From the NCBI GenBank assembly GCA_016234955.1, contig JACRNN010000045.1, positions 1 through 41,714 on the forward strand: DNA of 41,714 bases, written 5' to 3'. Below the pieces are notes generated by a model, which was not told where the DNA came from, searched no databases, and saw nothing but the letters and a program-made list of their open reading frames with translations. Made by a program: the position numbers and the translations under genes. This stretch comes from Deltaproteobacteria bacterium. Lineage in GTDB: Bacteria; Desulfobacterota; GWC2-55-46. How positions within the stretch are numbered: position 1 is the stretch's first letter; each line of letters opens with the position of its first letter. Positions 1 through 8,088 of this stretch are shown here, in pieces.

Positions 1-673
1 ATACCCTCTTCTCTTTAAACCTCCCACCCCATACCTTGGATAGTTGGCATTTAGCGCCGTCCTTGAAACTCCTCTGCGCGGGGCAGTCGTCACAGGCCTT
101 GTCCGCCTGCAGATATACCTCGTAGCACTTCCTGCCTAGAACATCCAAAAAATTCTTTTTTTTGAATATGCGCAGTATCTCACTGTTTACCCTTTTGATG
201 TTAAAGTCCCTGTCGATGCCGGATATGCCGTCTCCTATGCCGTCGAATACCGCCTGCAGCCTGTCTCTGTGTTCCTTAAGCTGGTCCTCCACCTCGACAT
301 TAGGAGTGACGTCGCAGTAGATCTCGGCTACCGCGACCACCTCCCCCTTTTTGTCAAAAACAGGAGACGCCGTAAGCTCAATGTACTTCCCTCCGCCATT
401 TGTGTTGCAGGCATGAATGCGTGTCCTCTCGACATCCCCTGTCTTAAATGCCTTTTCAGACGGACATCCCTTGCAAGGGCCGCGGCCTTTATTCAGCAGG
501 TCGTAACAGTATGAACCTTTGACGCGCTTATGCCTGCCGGCCAATGCCGCGCCGGCATGATTAGCCCAAAGGACTTTCATATCCCTATCGATTATGACAA
601 TGCCGACGCCAATGCCTTTGATCAGAGCTTTCAGTTCCTGGCTCGGCGTAAAGAGCGGCTTGATCTTTTCCAC
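1..673 (-). CDS. PAS-domain sensor protein, N-terminal ~224 aa (3' end runs off the window)
   Basis: My own minus-strand translation from GTG 673..671, with an in-frame TAA at 721..719 just upstream: VEKIKPLFTPSQELKALIKGIGVGIVIIDRDMKVLWANHAG... There are two PAS-like modules, each with C-x10/11-C-x2-CP (CYDLLNKGRGPCKGCP and CYEVYLQADKACDDCP). It is absent from the ORF track because it is open at the window edge. Confidence 0.6.
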   Translation of the reverse strand, partial: MEKIKPLFTPSQELKALIKGIGVGIVIIDRDMKVLWANHAGAALAGRHKRVKGSYCYDLLNKGRGPCKGCPSEKAFKTGDVERTRIHACNTNGGGKYIELTASPVFDKKGEVVAVAEIYCDVTPNVEVEDQLKEHRDRLQAVFDGIGDGISGIDRDFNIKRVNSEILRIFKKKNFLDVLGRKCYEVYLQADKACDDCPAQRSFKDGAKCQLSKVWGGRFKEKRV

Positions 674-891
674 GATATCTCTTAATACGAGGGTTATTAG
701 GCGAGCAACAACTGTCCGTTATTTTTTTTGAAAGGGTAGAATCGCGGGAGAAAAACAGGATGGGTTGCTGATCTTTGTATTTACGCCATCAACTCAGTGG
801 AGAGTGCCTATGCAAAGCTGAACAGAATTGATTAAACTGGTAAACCCTTTTAACAGGATATGTTCAATGCATTATAGCATTATAAAAAACG

Positions 892-930
892 AAAAGCCCG
901 CTTCGGTTCATGAAGTGGGCCTTTTTTCTG
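892..930. terminator. Bidirectional rho-independent terminator-like hairpin
   Basis: GCCCGCTTC (896-904), a 7-nt loop, then GAAGTGGGC (912-920). It is flanked by an A-run (892-895) and a T-run (922-927), so it reads as a hairpin plus U-tract on both strands. Confidence 0.55.
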
Positions 931-1382
931 GTTGATTTTCTATAGTGCGTCTATTTTTAGAAAATGGCAAAGGCCACACTGATAGAACAAGCGCCGTACT
1001 CTAAACTGAAAGGACTTTGTGACGCAATTGATTTTCTTACTTCCCGAATTCAATATAACATATACAGGAAAATTGTCAATACCTTGCAGCTGTGGCACAC
1101 GCGAAGGAGACGGCTATTAACCTCAAGAGGGAGGCTGTAAGGCAGGGCGTAGAAGGAGTGAGCCACACTAAACCCGGAAGACCCTAAAAAGAAAGCACCC
1201 GAGGGCACTTATTTTGAAAAAGGCTTTATTCGTGGTCTACTGAAAGTAATACCTATATACGTATTACTTCAAATCAGCAGACTCCGTCTTTAAATGGTTG
1301 AGCGTTTTCGAGAATCACGACCTTCTTTTAGTAACGGTAAAAGTAAAAATAATTCAAGATCGGTTCCTGCCAAAATCAAAAA

Positions 1383-1409
1383 GGGGAGGCCTGTTGCCTC
1401 CCCTTTTTT
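1383..1409. terminator. Bidirectional terminator-like hairpin
   Basis: GGGGAGGC ctgtt GCCTCCCC followed by TTTTTT and preceded by AAAAA. It lies in an ORF-free region. Confidence 0.5.
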
Positions 1410-1576
1410 GTGGATAACCGCCGCAATTTTGCCGCAATCCGCTCTTGAATCGTGTTTGTTTTCGATTCAGCCCGATTAAGGTTGATTCGGCCGGATTCAG
1501 GTTAATCCGTTGATACGCTTATGGAATTGGGTTTGATGAAGTCGGAGTGTTTTTTGATTCAGGCTTCCAGGTATCA

Positions 1577-1615
1577 TCCCGAACGCGGTGCTCTACCAGG
1601 CTGAGCCACGCCCCG
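1577..1615 (-). pseudogene. Orphan 5' half of a tRNA-Pro(CGG)-like gene
   Basis: The minus strand reads CGGGGCG TG GCTC AGCCTGGTA GAGC A CCGCG TTCGGGA. That is acceptor 5' strand, D-arm, anticodon-stem 5' strand and a loop with CGG. The next bases (TGATACC...) cannot pair with CCGCG. I found no T-arm or acceptor 3' strand downstream. Confidence 0.6.
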
Positions 1616-1621
1616 ATCTTT

Positions 1622-1660
1622 GAAGCTCCCCGCTGGCCTAAGCCGCGGGGAATCTTCGAC
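1622..1660 (+). repeat. R1-family repeat, partial (hairpin + GGGGAAT)
   Basis: gaagctCCCCGCtggcctaaGCCGCGGGGAATCttcgac shares the hairpin-GGGGAAT core with the copies at 4709, 7757, 19269, 25494, 31410 and 39559. Confidence 0.6.
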
Positions 1661-1705
1661 ATATAAGGAAGTATCTAAGGAAGCTCTGATTAATTATGTT
1701 TTTCT

Positions 1706-1792
1706 GTCATTCTGAGGAAGCGTAGCGACCGAAGAATCTCGTAACTTATTGATTTTATAGACGTTGAGATTCTTCGCTTTGCTCAGAATGAC
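1706..1792. repeat. Long imperfect inverted repeat (GTCATTCTGAG...GAAGAATCTC / GAGATTCTTC...CTCAGAATGAC)
   Basis: The left arm (1706-1740) and right arm (1766-1792) are reverse complements apart from a few indels. A related GTCATTGCGAGC motif occurs at 7072-7083. Confidence 0.6.
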
Positions 1793-1949
1793 ATGCTATT
1801 GCGAATTAATCATATAGTATCGGTTTTATATCATATCTTAATGCGCCAGGCAAGCCATTATTTCATTAACGTCAATGTACCGCCTAACCCTCTGCCCCAA
1901 GGGTGCGTCTTATCCTCAAGGCGCGGGCTTTTCCCCAATCCCGAATGAG

Positions 1950-1980
1950 AAAATAAAAACCCCCTGACGTGGAGGGGGCT
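1950..1980 (-). terminator. Rho-independent terminator downstream of the MCP gene
   Basis: The minus strand reads CCCCCT ccacgtc AGGGGG followed by TTTTTATTTTC, about 50 nt after the MCP stop at 2032. Confidence 0.6.
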
Positions 1981-2031
1981 GAGGCCGGGACTGAGGTTCG
2001 GCTTAAGGCCGGCGGTGGGGGTGCGTGCGCA

Positions 2032-4125
2032 TCAAACGCTTTCGCCTGAAACCAGGCGGGGCTTAAACCCCGGCCTCTTCCCTCCATCCGTCAGGTCCAA
2101 TAGCGGCCCCCCGGAGATAACGGACGGGGCCGCGGGCGGGCCGTCGCGCGATATATTGAAGTTTGACACAAGGTCTTTGAGCTCCGCTGCGAGACGCGCA
2201 AGGTCGTCTGTGGACTTTGCGACCTCTCCTATCGTCGAGACGTTCGATTTGGCGACATCGGCGATCGCGTCCATGTTATGCGCTATCTCATCGGTGGTGG
2301 CGCTCTGCTCCTCGGCGGACGTCGCTATCCGGCCTATCATATCGGTGACGCCGCCGACGCCGGTCACTATCCGGTTGAGGGATTCTCCGGCCTGGTGCGC
2401 GAGCCTCACCCCGTTATCGACCTTGACGGCCCCCTGGCCCATCGCCGTAACCGCCCTTGAGGTCTCATTCTGTATGGACGTTATCATGCCGCTTATCTCT
2501 TTGGTGGCCTTTGTGGTCCTTTCGGCGAGCTTCCTCACCTCGTCGGCCACCACGGCGAAGCCCCTGCCCTGGTCCCCGGCCCTGGCCGCCTCTATCGCGG
2601 CGTTGAGGGCCAGTAGGTTGGTCTGGTCCGCGATATCATTTATCACGGAGACTATGGCGCCTATCTCCTCGGAGCTCTTCCCGAGCCTCTTTATCGTCTC
2701 GGCCGTGACCGAGGCCGAGTCCGCGACCTCCTGCATCGCCGAGACCGCCTGGGAGACCACCGCTCCGCCGTTTTCAGCTATCTCCTGGGCCTTTTCCGCC
2801 GCTTCAACCGCCTGCTGGGAGTTCTTCGCAACATCCACCACGATTGCGTTCATCACCTCCATCGCCGCCGCCGCATGGGCCGTCTGTGAGGACTGCCTGC
2901 CGGCGCCGTCGGATATCTGGGTGGAGGACGTCGACAGCTCCTCGGAGGCGGACGCGAGGCGGTTGGATGATTCGGTAATCCTGCCTATCACCGTGGACAT
3001 CCGGGACGCCATGGCATCGACGCTATGACCGAGGCTTGTTATCTCGTCCTCTATCTCCCTGCCGAAAAACCTTATCTTTATACCCGCCCTGCCGGTCAGA
3101 TCTCCCCTGGCAAAGGCCTCGACCGTCTCTTTGACCCTCGTTATCGGCTCCAGGACCCGTCTCTTCGCCGACCACATGAAAAGGACCGCTATCACCGACG
3201 AAATAAGGGCGGATACGGCCATTATCAACACGCCCCTTAAGGCCCCGGCCCGCGCCTTGTCGGTTATAAGCCTCGTGAACCCGTCCGCGGCCGCCACAAG
3301 CCCCGGCGTATGGGTATCCACCAGGGCGTTGAACTGCGCGCTGTAGCTCTCTATCGACCGCATACCCGTCAGGATGCTCTCTTTTCTCGATTGCCAGGCA
3401 TTGTCGGCCTTTTTAACGGCCACGACCACCCTCGCGCCGGAGGCGCCCCTGCCGGCAACGGACGCGGAGACGGTCTTCAACTCCTTGAGCGTCCCGTCAA
3501 AATCCGCAACCGTCTGTTTTATTTCCTTTGAAACCTCGTCCTTATCGCCGTACGAGATGAAGTAACGCTCGAAAAGATAGCTCAGCTTCGCGGTCCTCAT
3601 CCTCTGAAAGCCCGATACGTTTATGTACTTGACGTAGGCGGGGTCTTTGAGCCTCTCTATGGACGAGATCATATCGTTCAGCGTCTCCACCATCGGCGAC
3701 GTCGAGCTTTCGACCTCGGCCTTGCTCTTCCTGAAGGCGCCTCCGCTTTCCATGGCCTTGTCAAGGACCGCGCGCATCGCGCCCCACTTCATATCGACTT
3801 CGTCAAGCCTCGCAATCAGGTCAGGGCCGGTCACCGCCGGCGACTCTCCGGTGCCCGCGCGGAATTCACCGAGTATCCTGCCGAACTCGACTTTTTTCGC
3901 CTGGAATTGGGCCTCGAGGGATTCATTCCCGGTGGCGATGCGTCTGTTGAGGACTTCGGCAAGCTCGACGGCCCTCTTCCTCAAGGACCCGGCCCTCTCG
4001 ACCTGTCCGTACTTATCGCTCATCCCGCCGACAAGCACGTAGACGACCGGTATCTGGACGATAAATAATATGAGGAGCAGGATATAGCTCCCCATGAACC
4101 TCGCTTTAACCGACTGGATATTCAT
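2032..4125 (-). CDS. Methyl-accepting chemotaxis protein (TM, ligand-binding region, HAMP, MA signalling domain)
   Basis: Track ORF 2032..4272, trimmed to the ATG at 4125 ([23 protein letters not shown]...), which has GGAG 6 nt upstream. The conserved MCP hairpin-tip region is present: [47 protein letters not shown]. Confidence 0.9.
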   Translation of the reverse strand: MNIQSVKARFMGSYILLLILFIVQIPVVYVLVGGMSDKYGQVERAGSLRKRAVELAEVLNRRIATGNESLEAQFQAKKVEFGRILGEFRAGTGESPAVTGPDLIARLDEVDMKWGAMRAVLDKAMESGGAFRKSKAEVESSTSPMVETLNDMISSIERLKDPAYVKYINVSGFQRMRTAKLSYLFERYFISYGDKDEVSKEIKQTVADFDGTLKELKTVSASVAGRGASGARVVVAVKKADNAWQSRKESILTGMRSIESYSAQFNALVDTHTPGLVAAADGFTRLITDKARAGALRGVLIMAVSALISSVIAVLFMWSAKRRVLEPITRVKETVEAFARGDLTGRAGIKIRFFGREIEDEITSLGHSVDAMASRMSTVIGRITESSNRLASASEELSTSSTQISDGAGRQSSQTAHAAAAMEVMNAIVVDVAKNSQQAVEAAEKAQEIAENGGAVVSQAVSAMQEVADSASVTAETIKRLGKSSEEIGAIVSVINDIADQTNLLALNAAIEAARAGDQGRGFAVVADEVRKLAERTTKATKEISGMITSIQNETSRAVTAMGQGAVKVDNGVRLAHQAGESLNRIVTGVGGVTDMIGRIATSAEEQSATTDEIAHNMDAIADVAKSNVSTIGEVAKSTDDLARLAAELKDLVSNFNISRDGPPAAPSVISGGPLLDLTDGGKRPGFKPRLVSGESV

Positions 4126-4150
4126 GAAAAACTCCGTTGAAGAAAGACCC

Positions 4151-4519
4151 TCAGGAATTAAGCAACCCGACCACATCCAGGAGCTGCTCCGCCGCGAATG
4201 GCTTGAATATCCAGCAGACGGCCCCCGCCTCCCTCCATTCCATCTCCCTGCCTGAAAGGCGCTCATCCGCAAGGACTATGACGGGCGTGAACCTGCATTG
4301 CGGCAGAGACCTTATATTCATTATGAATTCGCAGAAATCGGCGCCCGCGATATCGGCCCCGGCTATTATAAGCTCCGGCCTGACCCCCTCTTGAAGTCTT
4401 TTGAGGGCCTCTGAAACGTCAAAAGCCTCGAAAACAACGCATGACTCCAGGGACAGGGTAAAGCTTGCCATTGACCTTACGGCCCTATCGTTATCCACTA
4501 TCAGTATCGTCTTGCCCAA
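4151..4519 (-). CDS. CheY-like receiver domain protein, degenerate (phospho-acceptor Asp position is Gly)
   Basis: TTG start with GAGG upstream. ILIVDND and IFKPF match receiver landmarks. The beta3 end reads [13 protein letters not shown] where CheY has FVISDWNMPNMDG, and the T87 position is Ala (VIVLADE). The stop lies 26 nt before the MCP start. Confidence 0.75.
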   Translation of the reverse strand: MGKTILIVDNDRAVRSMASFTLSLESCVVFEAFDVSEALKRLQEGVRPELIIAGADIAGADFCEFIMNIRSLPQCRFTPVIVLADERLSGREMEWREAGAVCWIFKPFAAEQLLDVVGLLNS

Positions 4520-4708
4520 GTGTCCGCCTCTTTTGCCTGCATTAACTAAAACTTGATTCCACGGTGTCCCGCAATATAAGGGGCAAACGCCTCCTTGTTT
4601 GCATAATCATATTAATCGGCACACCGGTAAATATCTTAATCGGTAGAGGTCTGTATTCTGGGGGGGTGCCGAGGGATGATTTTTTGAGTAGCCGAAAGGA
4701 TGAGCGTT

Positions 4709-4825
4709 TAAAATTTTCCGCGGCAAGTTGCGGAAAATTTTCAAGTAAGGAATTTATCGTTTGTAATTCGCTCGCTCCTCCCCAAAGCCAAGCCGCGGAG
4801 AATCCGCTCGCTATGCTTGTCAAAC
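4709..4825 (+). repeat. R1-family repeat, long (double-module) copy A
   Basis: AAAATTTTCCGCGGCAAGTTGCGGAAAATTTTCAAGTAAGGAATTTATCGTTTGTAATTCGCTCGCTCCTCCCCAAAGCCAAGCCGCGGAGAATCCGCTCGCTATGCTTGTCAAAC. It aligns along its whole length with 7757-7875 and 39559-39674. Confidence 0.85.
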
Positions 4826-4832
4826 GAAACGG

Positions 4833-5492
4833 CTATTCCGGGTTCACTATCCCTTTACGGATAGCGGCCCTGATCATGCCGGCCATATCATTGATCTTGA
4901 GTTTCTTCATGATGTTGTTCCTGTGGGTCTTTACGGTGGCCACGGATATGAAGAGCTTTTCCGCTATCTCCTTGCTGGTCCTGCCGTCCGCGATCTGCCT
5001 TATGACCTCTCTCTCCCGCTCGCTCAACGCGTCGAACGGGTCATGGGACGCCTTTTCCTTCTTTATCATGTCGACGTAATCGTCGAGGAATTCGCCGGCT
5101 ATCTCCTTGCTTACGTATTTGCCCCCGCCCAGCACCCTTTCAACAGCGCTTACGAGCTCCTCCGTTGGCGAGTCCTTCAGCACGTAGCCGAGCGCCCCGG
5201 CCCTGAAGGCGTCTATCGCGTGATATACGTCCGAATGCATCGAGAGCATCACGACCCTGGCCTGCGGGAACTGCTCGATGATCCGCTTTGTGACGGTTAT
5301 CCCGTCGAGGTCCGGCATGGTTATATCCATGACTATCACGTCCGGCCTGAGCGAGAGCGCGCCCCTTATGGCGTCGGCGCCGCTCCGCGCCTCTCCGACC
5401 ACCGTAAAGCGCGCGGTCTTGGAGAGCACCGACCTTATGCCGTCTCTGAATACCGGATGGTCGTCGGCTATGAATATCCGTGTCTTTTTCAT
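4833..5492 (-). CDS. NarL/LuxR-family two-component response regulator
   Basis: Track ORF trimmed to the ATG at 5492 (MKKTRIFIADDHPVFRDGI...). The receiver has DVIVMDITMPDLDG. The C-terminal LuxR HTH reads LSEREREVIRQIADGRTSKEIAEKLFISVATVKTHRNNIMKKL. Confidence 0.9.
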   Translation of the reverse strand: MKKTRIFIADDHPVFRDGIRSVLSKTARFTVVGEARSGADAIRGALSLRPDVIVMDITMPDLDGITVTKRIIEQFPQARVVMLSMHSDVYHAIDAFRAGALGYVLKDSPTEELVSAVERVLGGGKYVSKEIAGEFLDDYVDMIKKEKASHDPFDALSEREREVIRQIADGRTSKEIAEKLFISVATVKTHRNNIMKKLKINDMAGMIRAAIRKGIVNPE

Positions 5493-5635
5493 GTGATATG
5501 CCCAGGGGGCCGTCAATTGATGGGATGGAACCGCATGGCAACGGCCTTGACCAGTCATGTGCCCCCGGCATAGCCGGGGGTTTACACATGATTAATTATA
5601 TTCCCAATCCCGGAAGTTTTCAAGGGGCCGTGCGA

Positions 5636-6736
5636 TCACTTCCTGAAGAATACCAGGAACATCTCCACGACGATGAGGAGGAAGATGCCGAGCTCGACGG
5701 CATACGCCCTCTTGGCGGATATCTCCTCGTGGAGCATCTTATAGGTGTTCATCACTATATCGAGCTTTTCCTTGATGCTCTCCTCCCAGTCCCCGCTCCG
5801 CAGGAGCGACATGAACGTGCTGTATATCCTCGCGTAATATACGTCTTCGGTCACCTTGAGCGCGTTGTCGACCTTTCCCGTCACCTCGGTCATGTCGGTC
5901 ACTATCCGGGTTATCTTCCTGGCGAGCCTCTCGTACTCCCTCAGCCTGAAAAATGACACCCCGCCCCCGGCTGAAAGCTCGCCGTATATCGCCTTGAGCT
6001 CGTTGTCCATGACGTTGTCGTAGTACCTGAGCTCGAATATCTGGGCGTTTGCGAACTCGAGTATGTCGGGGAGGTCGGAACTGCCGGAGGGGTCTATTAT
6101 GAAGGCGTTGTCGATGTGGACTATGATGAGGTCGTCGGGATAATAGCTGAACCTGTGCTTGAGCGTCTCGTTCTTCGTGGATTCGCTCAACTCCCGGCCC
6201 TCGTACAGGAGGAGCCTTGAAGGGTCGTAGAGGCTCAGGAACTCCGAGGCGCATAGCCCGCCGCCCAATCCCTCCACGTAGATTACCATGTAATCCTCTA
6301 CGAACCCCTCCTTTATCTCCGGGCTTATCACGGCGTCACCGAGGCTTGCAAGGAGGCGCGTGACGTACTCAAGCGCCCTGGCCTCTATCGACCTGTCGGC
6401 GTCGAGCTCCCTGGTGACCTCCTCGAGTTTATTCAGCGTCGTGCCCGGAGGGATAGGCACGTCAAAGGCGATGGATACGACCCCAAGGTCGTAGGCCTTG
6501 GCTATGACGCCTACCTTCGTATCCTTTTCAAACAGCGGTACGGTGAACGGGCTCAGTTCGAAGGAGATGGGAGGGTTGGCGAACTGAAGGGCCTTCATGT
6601 AGGTGGTCCTGGAGAACCGGAGCCTTTTCGCGCCTTCCCCCGCCGTCCGCTCTATCATCGACAGGTCTATCTCGTGGGCGACGTCGAAAAGCCTGTAAAT
6701 CAGGACCCTGCCTTTATCGATGGTAATGGTATCCAA
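5636..6736 (-). CDS. DUF155 / RMD1-like family protein with C-terminal TM helix
   Basis: A 366-aa ORF with a TTG start. The overall pattern (LIYRLFDVAHEIDL..., AYDLGVVSIAFDV..., C-terminal hydrophobic helix AVELGIFLLIVVEMFLVFF) recalls COG1723/DUF155. The family assignment is from memory only. Confidence 0.5.
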   Translation of the reverse strand: MDTITIDKGRVLIYRLFDVAHEIDLSMIERTAGEGAKRLRFSRTTYMKALQFANPPISFELSPFTVPLFEKDTKVGVIAKAYDLGVVSIAFDVPIPPGTTLNKLEEVTRELDADRSIEARALEYVTRLLASLGDAVISPEIKEGFVEDYMVIYVEGLGGGLCASEFLSLYDPSRLLLYEGRELSESTKNETLKHRFSYYPDDLIIVHIDNAFIIDPSGSSDLPDILEFANAQIFELRYYDNVMDNELKAIYGELSAGGGVSFFRLREYERLARKITRIVTDMTEVTGKVDNALKVTEDVYYARIYSTFMSLLRSGDWEESIKEKLDIVMNTYKMLHEEISAKRAYAVELGIFLLIVVEMFLVFFRK

Positions 6737-6796
6737 GCGTCGTCTTTGCGGCCCCCTGTATTTAAGCTGTGCTTGATTATACCAGAAGGGAAGATT

Positions 6797-7110
6797 AAGG
6801 AAGCTCTGATTAATGTCTCACAATGGGATATAAAATCCCTCGCCTTCCAGGCGAAAACTTCCAGTGCGGGTTAGAGAGTTTTTATAGGCATCACCCTCCC
6901 CGACCCATCCTTCGGATGGGCGCCCCGCCCCTCCCATCGAGGGAGGGGAAGGGTGAGGGGTTTTAGTTGAACCTGTAAAAAATGAGCGATTAAGATTCAG
7001 GTCGGGCTTTCAGCCGACCAAAACTTTGAACCTACCGCCTTCCAGGCGGTAGTGATTCAGTTCCTTGGTTCGTCATTGCGAGCCCTTCGCTCCGCTCAGG
7101 ATAAACTCCG
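6797..7110. repeat. Mosaic of REP-like hairpin modules
   Basis: A 19-nt identity TAAGGAAGCTCTGATTAAT occurs at 6805-6823 and 1676-1694. Nested hairpins include CCCATCC ttc GGATGGG and CCCCTCCC atcga GGGAGGGG (6891-6960, related to 41173-41258), CTACCGCC ttcca GGCGGTAG (7032-7052), and GTCATTGCGAGC (7072-7083). Confidence 0.7.
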
Positions 7111-7271
7111 CGAAGCAGGCTCATCTTCAGGTAAATCGACGCCCTGGATGCTTTGTCGCGTAAGGCCGCACAGGTGGCGGCAGGAGTTTCCTCCCGCCGC
7201 ATCCGAGGCTGATGCTGTCAGGAGGAAACTCCTGACAGACGGAACGCTAAAAAAAGACGTCTGAGACAAGC

Positions 7272-7308
7272 AGGCCCGTTCCACCGCTGAACCGGGCGGA
7301 ACGGGCCT
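7272..7308 (-). terminator. Hairpin downstream of the rhodanese gene
   Basis: An 11-bp stem, AGGCCCGTTCC with GGAACGGGCCT, lies 7 nt after the TAG at 7315-7317. The T-run is about 15 nt further on, so it may be a REP-type stabiliser rather than a classical terminator. Confidence 0.4.
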
Positions 7309-7314
7309 TATATC

Positions 7315-7722
7315 CTACTTCGGCTCTACCGGATAACCGGCTCTTACCCAGGCGTCAAAGCCTCCCTTGAGCGCCTTGACCCTCTGAAAGCCCTTTGACT
7401 GAAGTATCAGCGCCGCACCGGCGCTGGAGGCCTCGTCCGGTCACGTGCAATAGGTGATTATCTCCTTGCCCATCGGAAGCTCCGCGGACTTTTCGTCCAG
7501 GTCGCTGTAGGCCATCCTTACGGACCCCTTTATCCTGACCTTGCTCGACCTGTACGAGCCGCCGGAGCGCACGTCGAGTATGACGATGCCTTCGCCGCTG
7601 TCGATCTTTGCCTTGAGTTCGTCAACCGTTATCCTCGGCACCCGGGAAGAATCCGCGGCATAGACACGCGCCGAAAAGATTACAAACGCCACGGCCGCAA
7701 GTACGAAAAACAGTCTGCGCAT
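7315..7722 (-). CDS. Exported single-domain rhodanese (sulfurtransferase) with predicted selenocysteine at the catalytic position (135 aa, U94)
   Basis: Track ORF 7441..7722 ends ...KEIITYCT at TGA 7443..7441. The same frame continues for 41 codons (PDEASSAGAALILQSKGFQRVKALKGGFDAWVRAGYPVEPK) to TAG 7317..7315, completing the rhodanese fold. The TGA aligns with the catalytic Cys of GlpE (CYHGNSS versus UPDEASS). The signal peptide is MRRLFFVLAAVAFVIFSARVYA. Confidence 0.75.
7409..7425 (-). promoter_or_regulatory. Candidate bacterial SECIS hairpin
   Basis: The minus strand reads UGA, 15 nt, then AGCGCC-GGUGC-GGCGCU. The perfect stem can extend to CAGCGCC/GGCGCUG, and the apical loop contains GU. 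Confidence 0.55.
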
Positions 7723-7756
7723 CCGTTACCCCCTTTTTTTGTTTTTACCGGCCGGT

Positions 7757-7875
7757 TAAAATTCCCCGCAACTTGGGCTTAGGAAAATTTTCAAGTAAGG
7801 AATTTATCGTTTGCAATTCGCTCGCTCCTCCCAAAAGCCCAAGCTGCGGGGAATCCGCTCGCTATGCTTGTTGAC
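7757..7875 (+). repeat. R1-family repeat, long copy B
   Basis: TTAAAATTCCCCGCAACTTGGGCTTAGGAAAATTTTCAAGTAAGGAATTTATCGTTTGCAATTCGCTCGCTCCTCCCAAAAGCCCAAGCTGCGGGGAATCCGCTCGCTATGCTTGTTGAC. The first hairpin is degenerate compared with copies A and C. Confidence 0.85.
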
Positions 7876-7936
7876 ACCCCCGGCGGGCGGCGTAAAGTCC
7901 GTCCAAGCCTATTTCCCATGCCCGCCCTGACGCGGG

Positions 7937-8046
7937 CTAACAGGTCGCTGAAAAAGCCCCATCTGCTTTGTCGTCATCGTCGCTCGTCACTGCGGCGTAC
8001 ATAAGAAGTACGCCTTTCTCACTTCTCGACTCCTCGCATCTGTAAC
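7937..8046 (+). repeat. R2-family repeat, copy 1
   Basis: Modules AACAGGTCGCTGAAAAAGCCC, the hairpin GGCGTAC-N7-GTACGCC and CTCACTTCTCGACTCCTCGCATCTGTAA recur in reverse orientation at 25531-25648. Confidence 0.7.
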
Positions 8047-8088
8047 TTTTTGAGCAACCTGTCCTATTTTGAGTTTTTCCGCATCCTG

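Noticed and set aside
1409-1417. A perfect DnaA box (TTATCCACA on the minus strand) in the ORF-free region.
   Set aside because: It is a single isolated box with no cluster, no AT-rich unwinding element pattern, and no dnaA or dnaN nearby. It is most likely a chance occurrence.
1294-1479. A 61-aa ORF in the ORF-free gap.
   Set aside because: It reads straight through the GGGGAGGC/GCCTCCCC terminator hairpin. It has no RBS and its product is low-complexity and basic.
2015-3028. A 337-aa plus-strand ORF opposite the MCP gene, and the similar short ORFs at 2278-4394.
   Set aside because: It is the antisense shadow of a well-supported MCP gene. The product is low-complexity and Ala/Ser/Thr-rich with no recognisable motifs. 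Long stop-free antisense frames are expected in GC-rich coding DNA.
7441-7443. The TGA in the rhodanese gene as an ordinary stop or a pseudogene lesion.
   Set aside because: I considered this but judged it less likely. The stop falls exactly on the catalytic Cys column, the downstream frame stays open and encodes the conserved remainder of the domain, and a hairpin sits at SECIS distance. It remains the alternative hypothesis until Sec machinery is confirmed.
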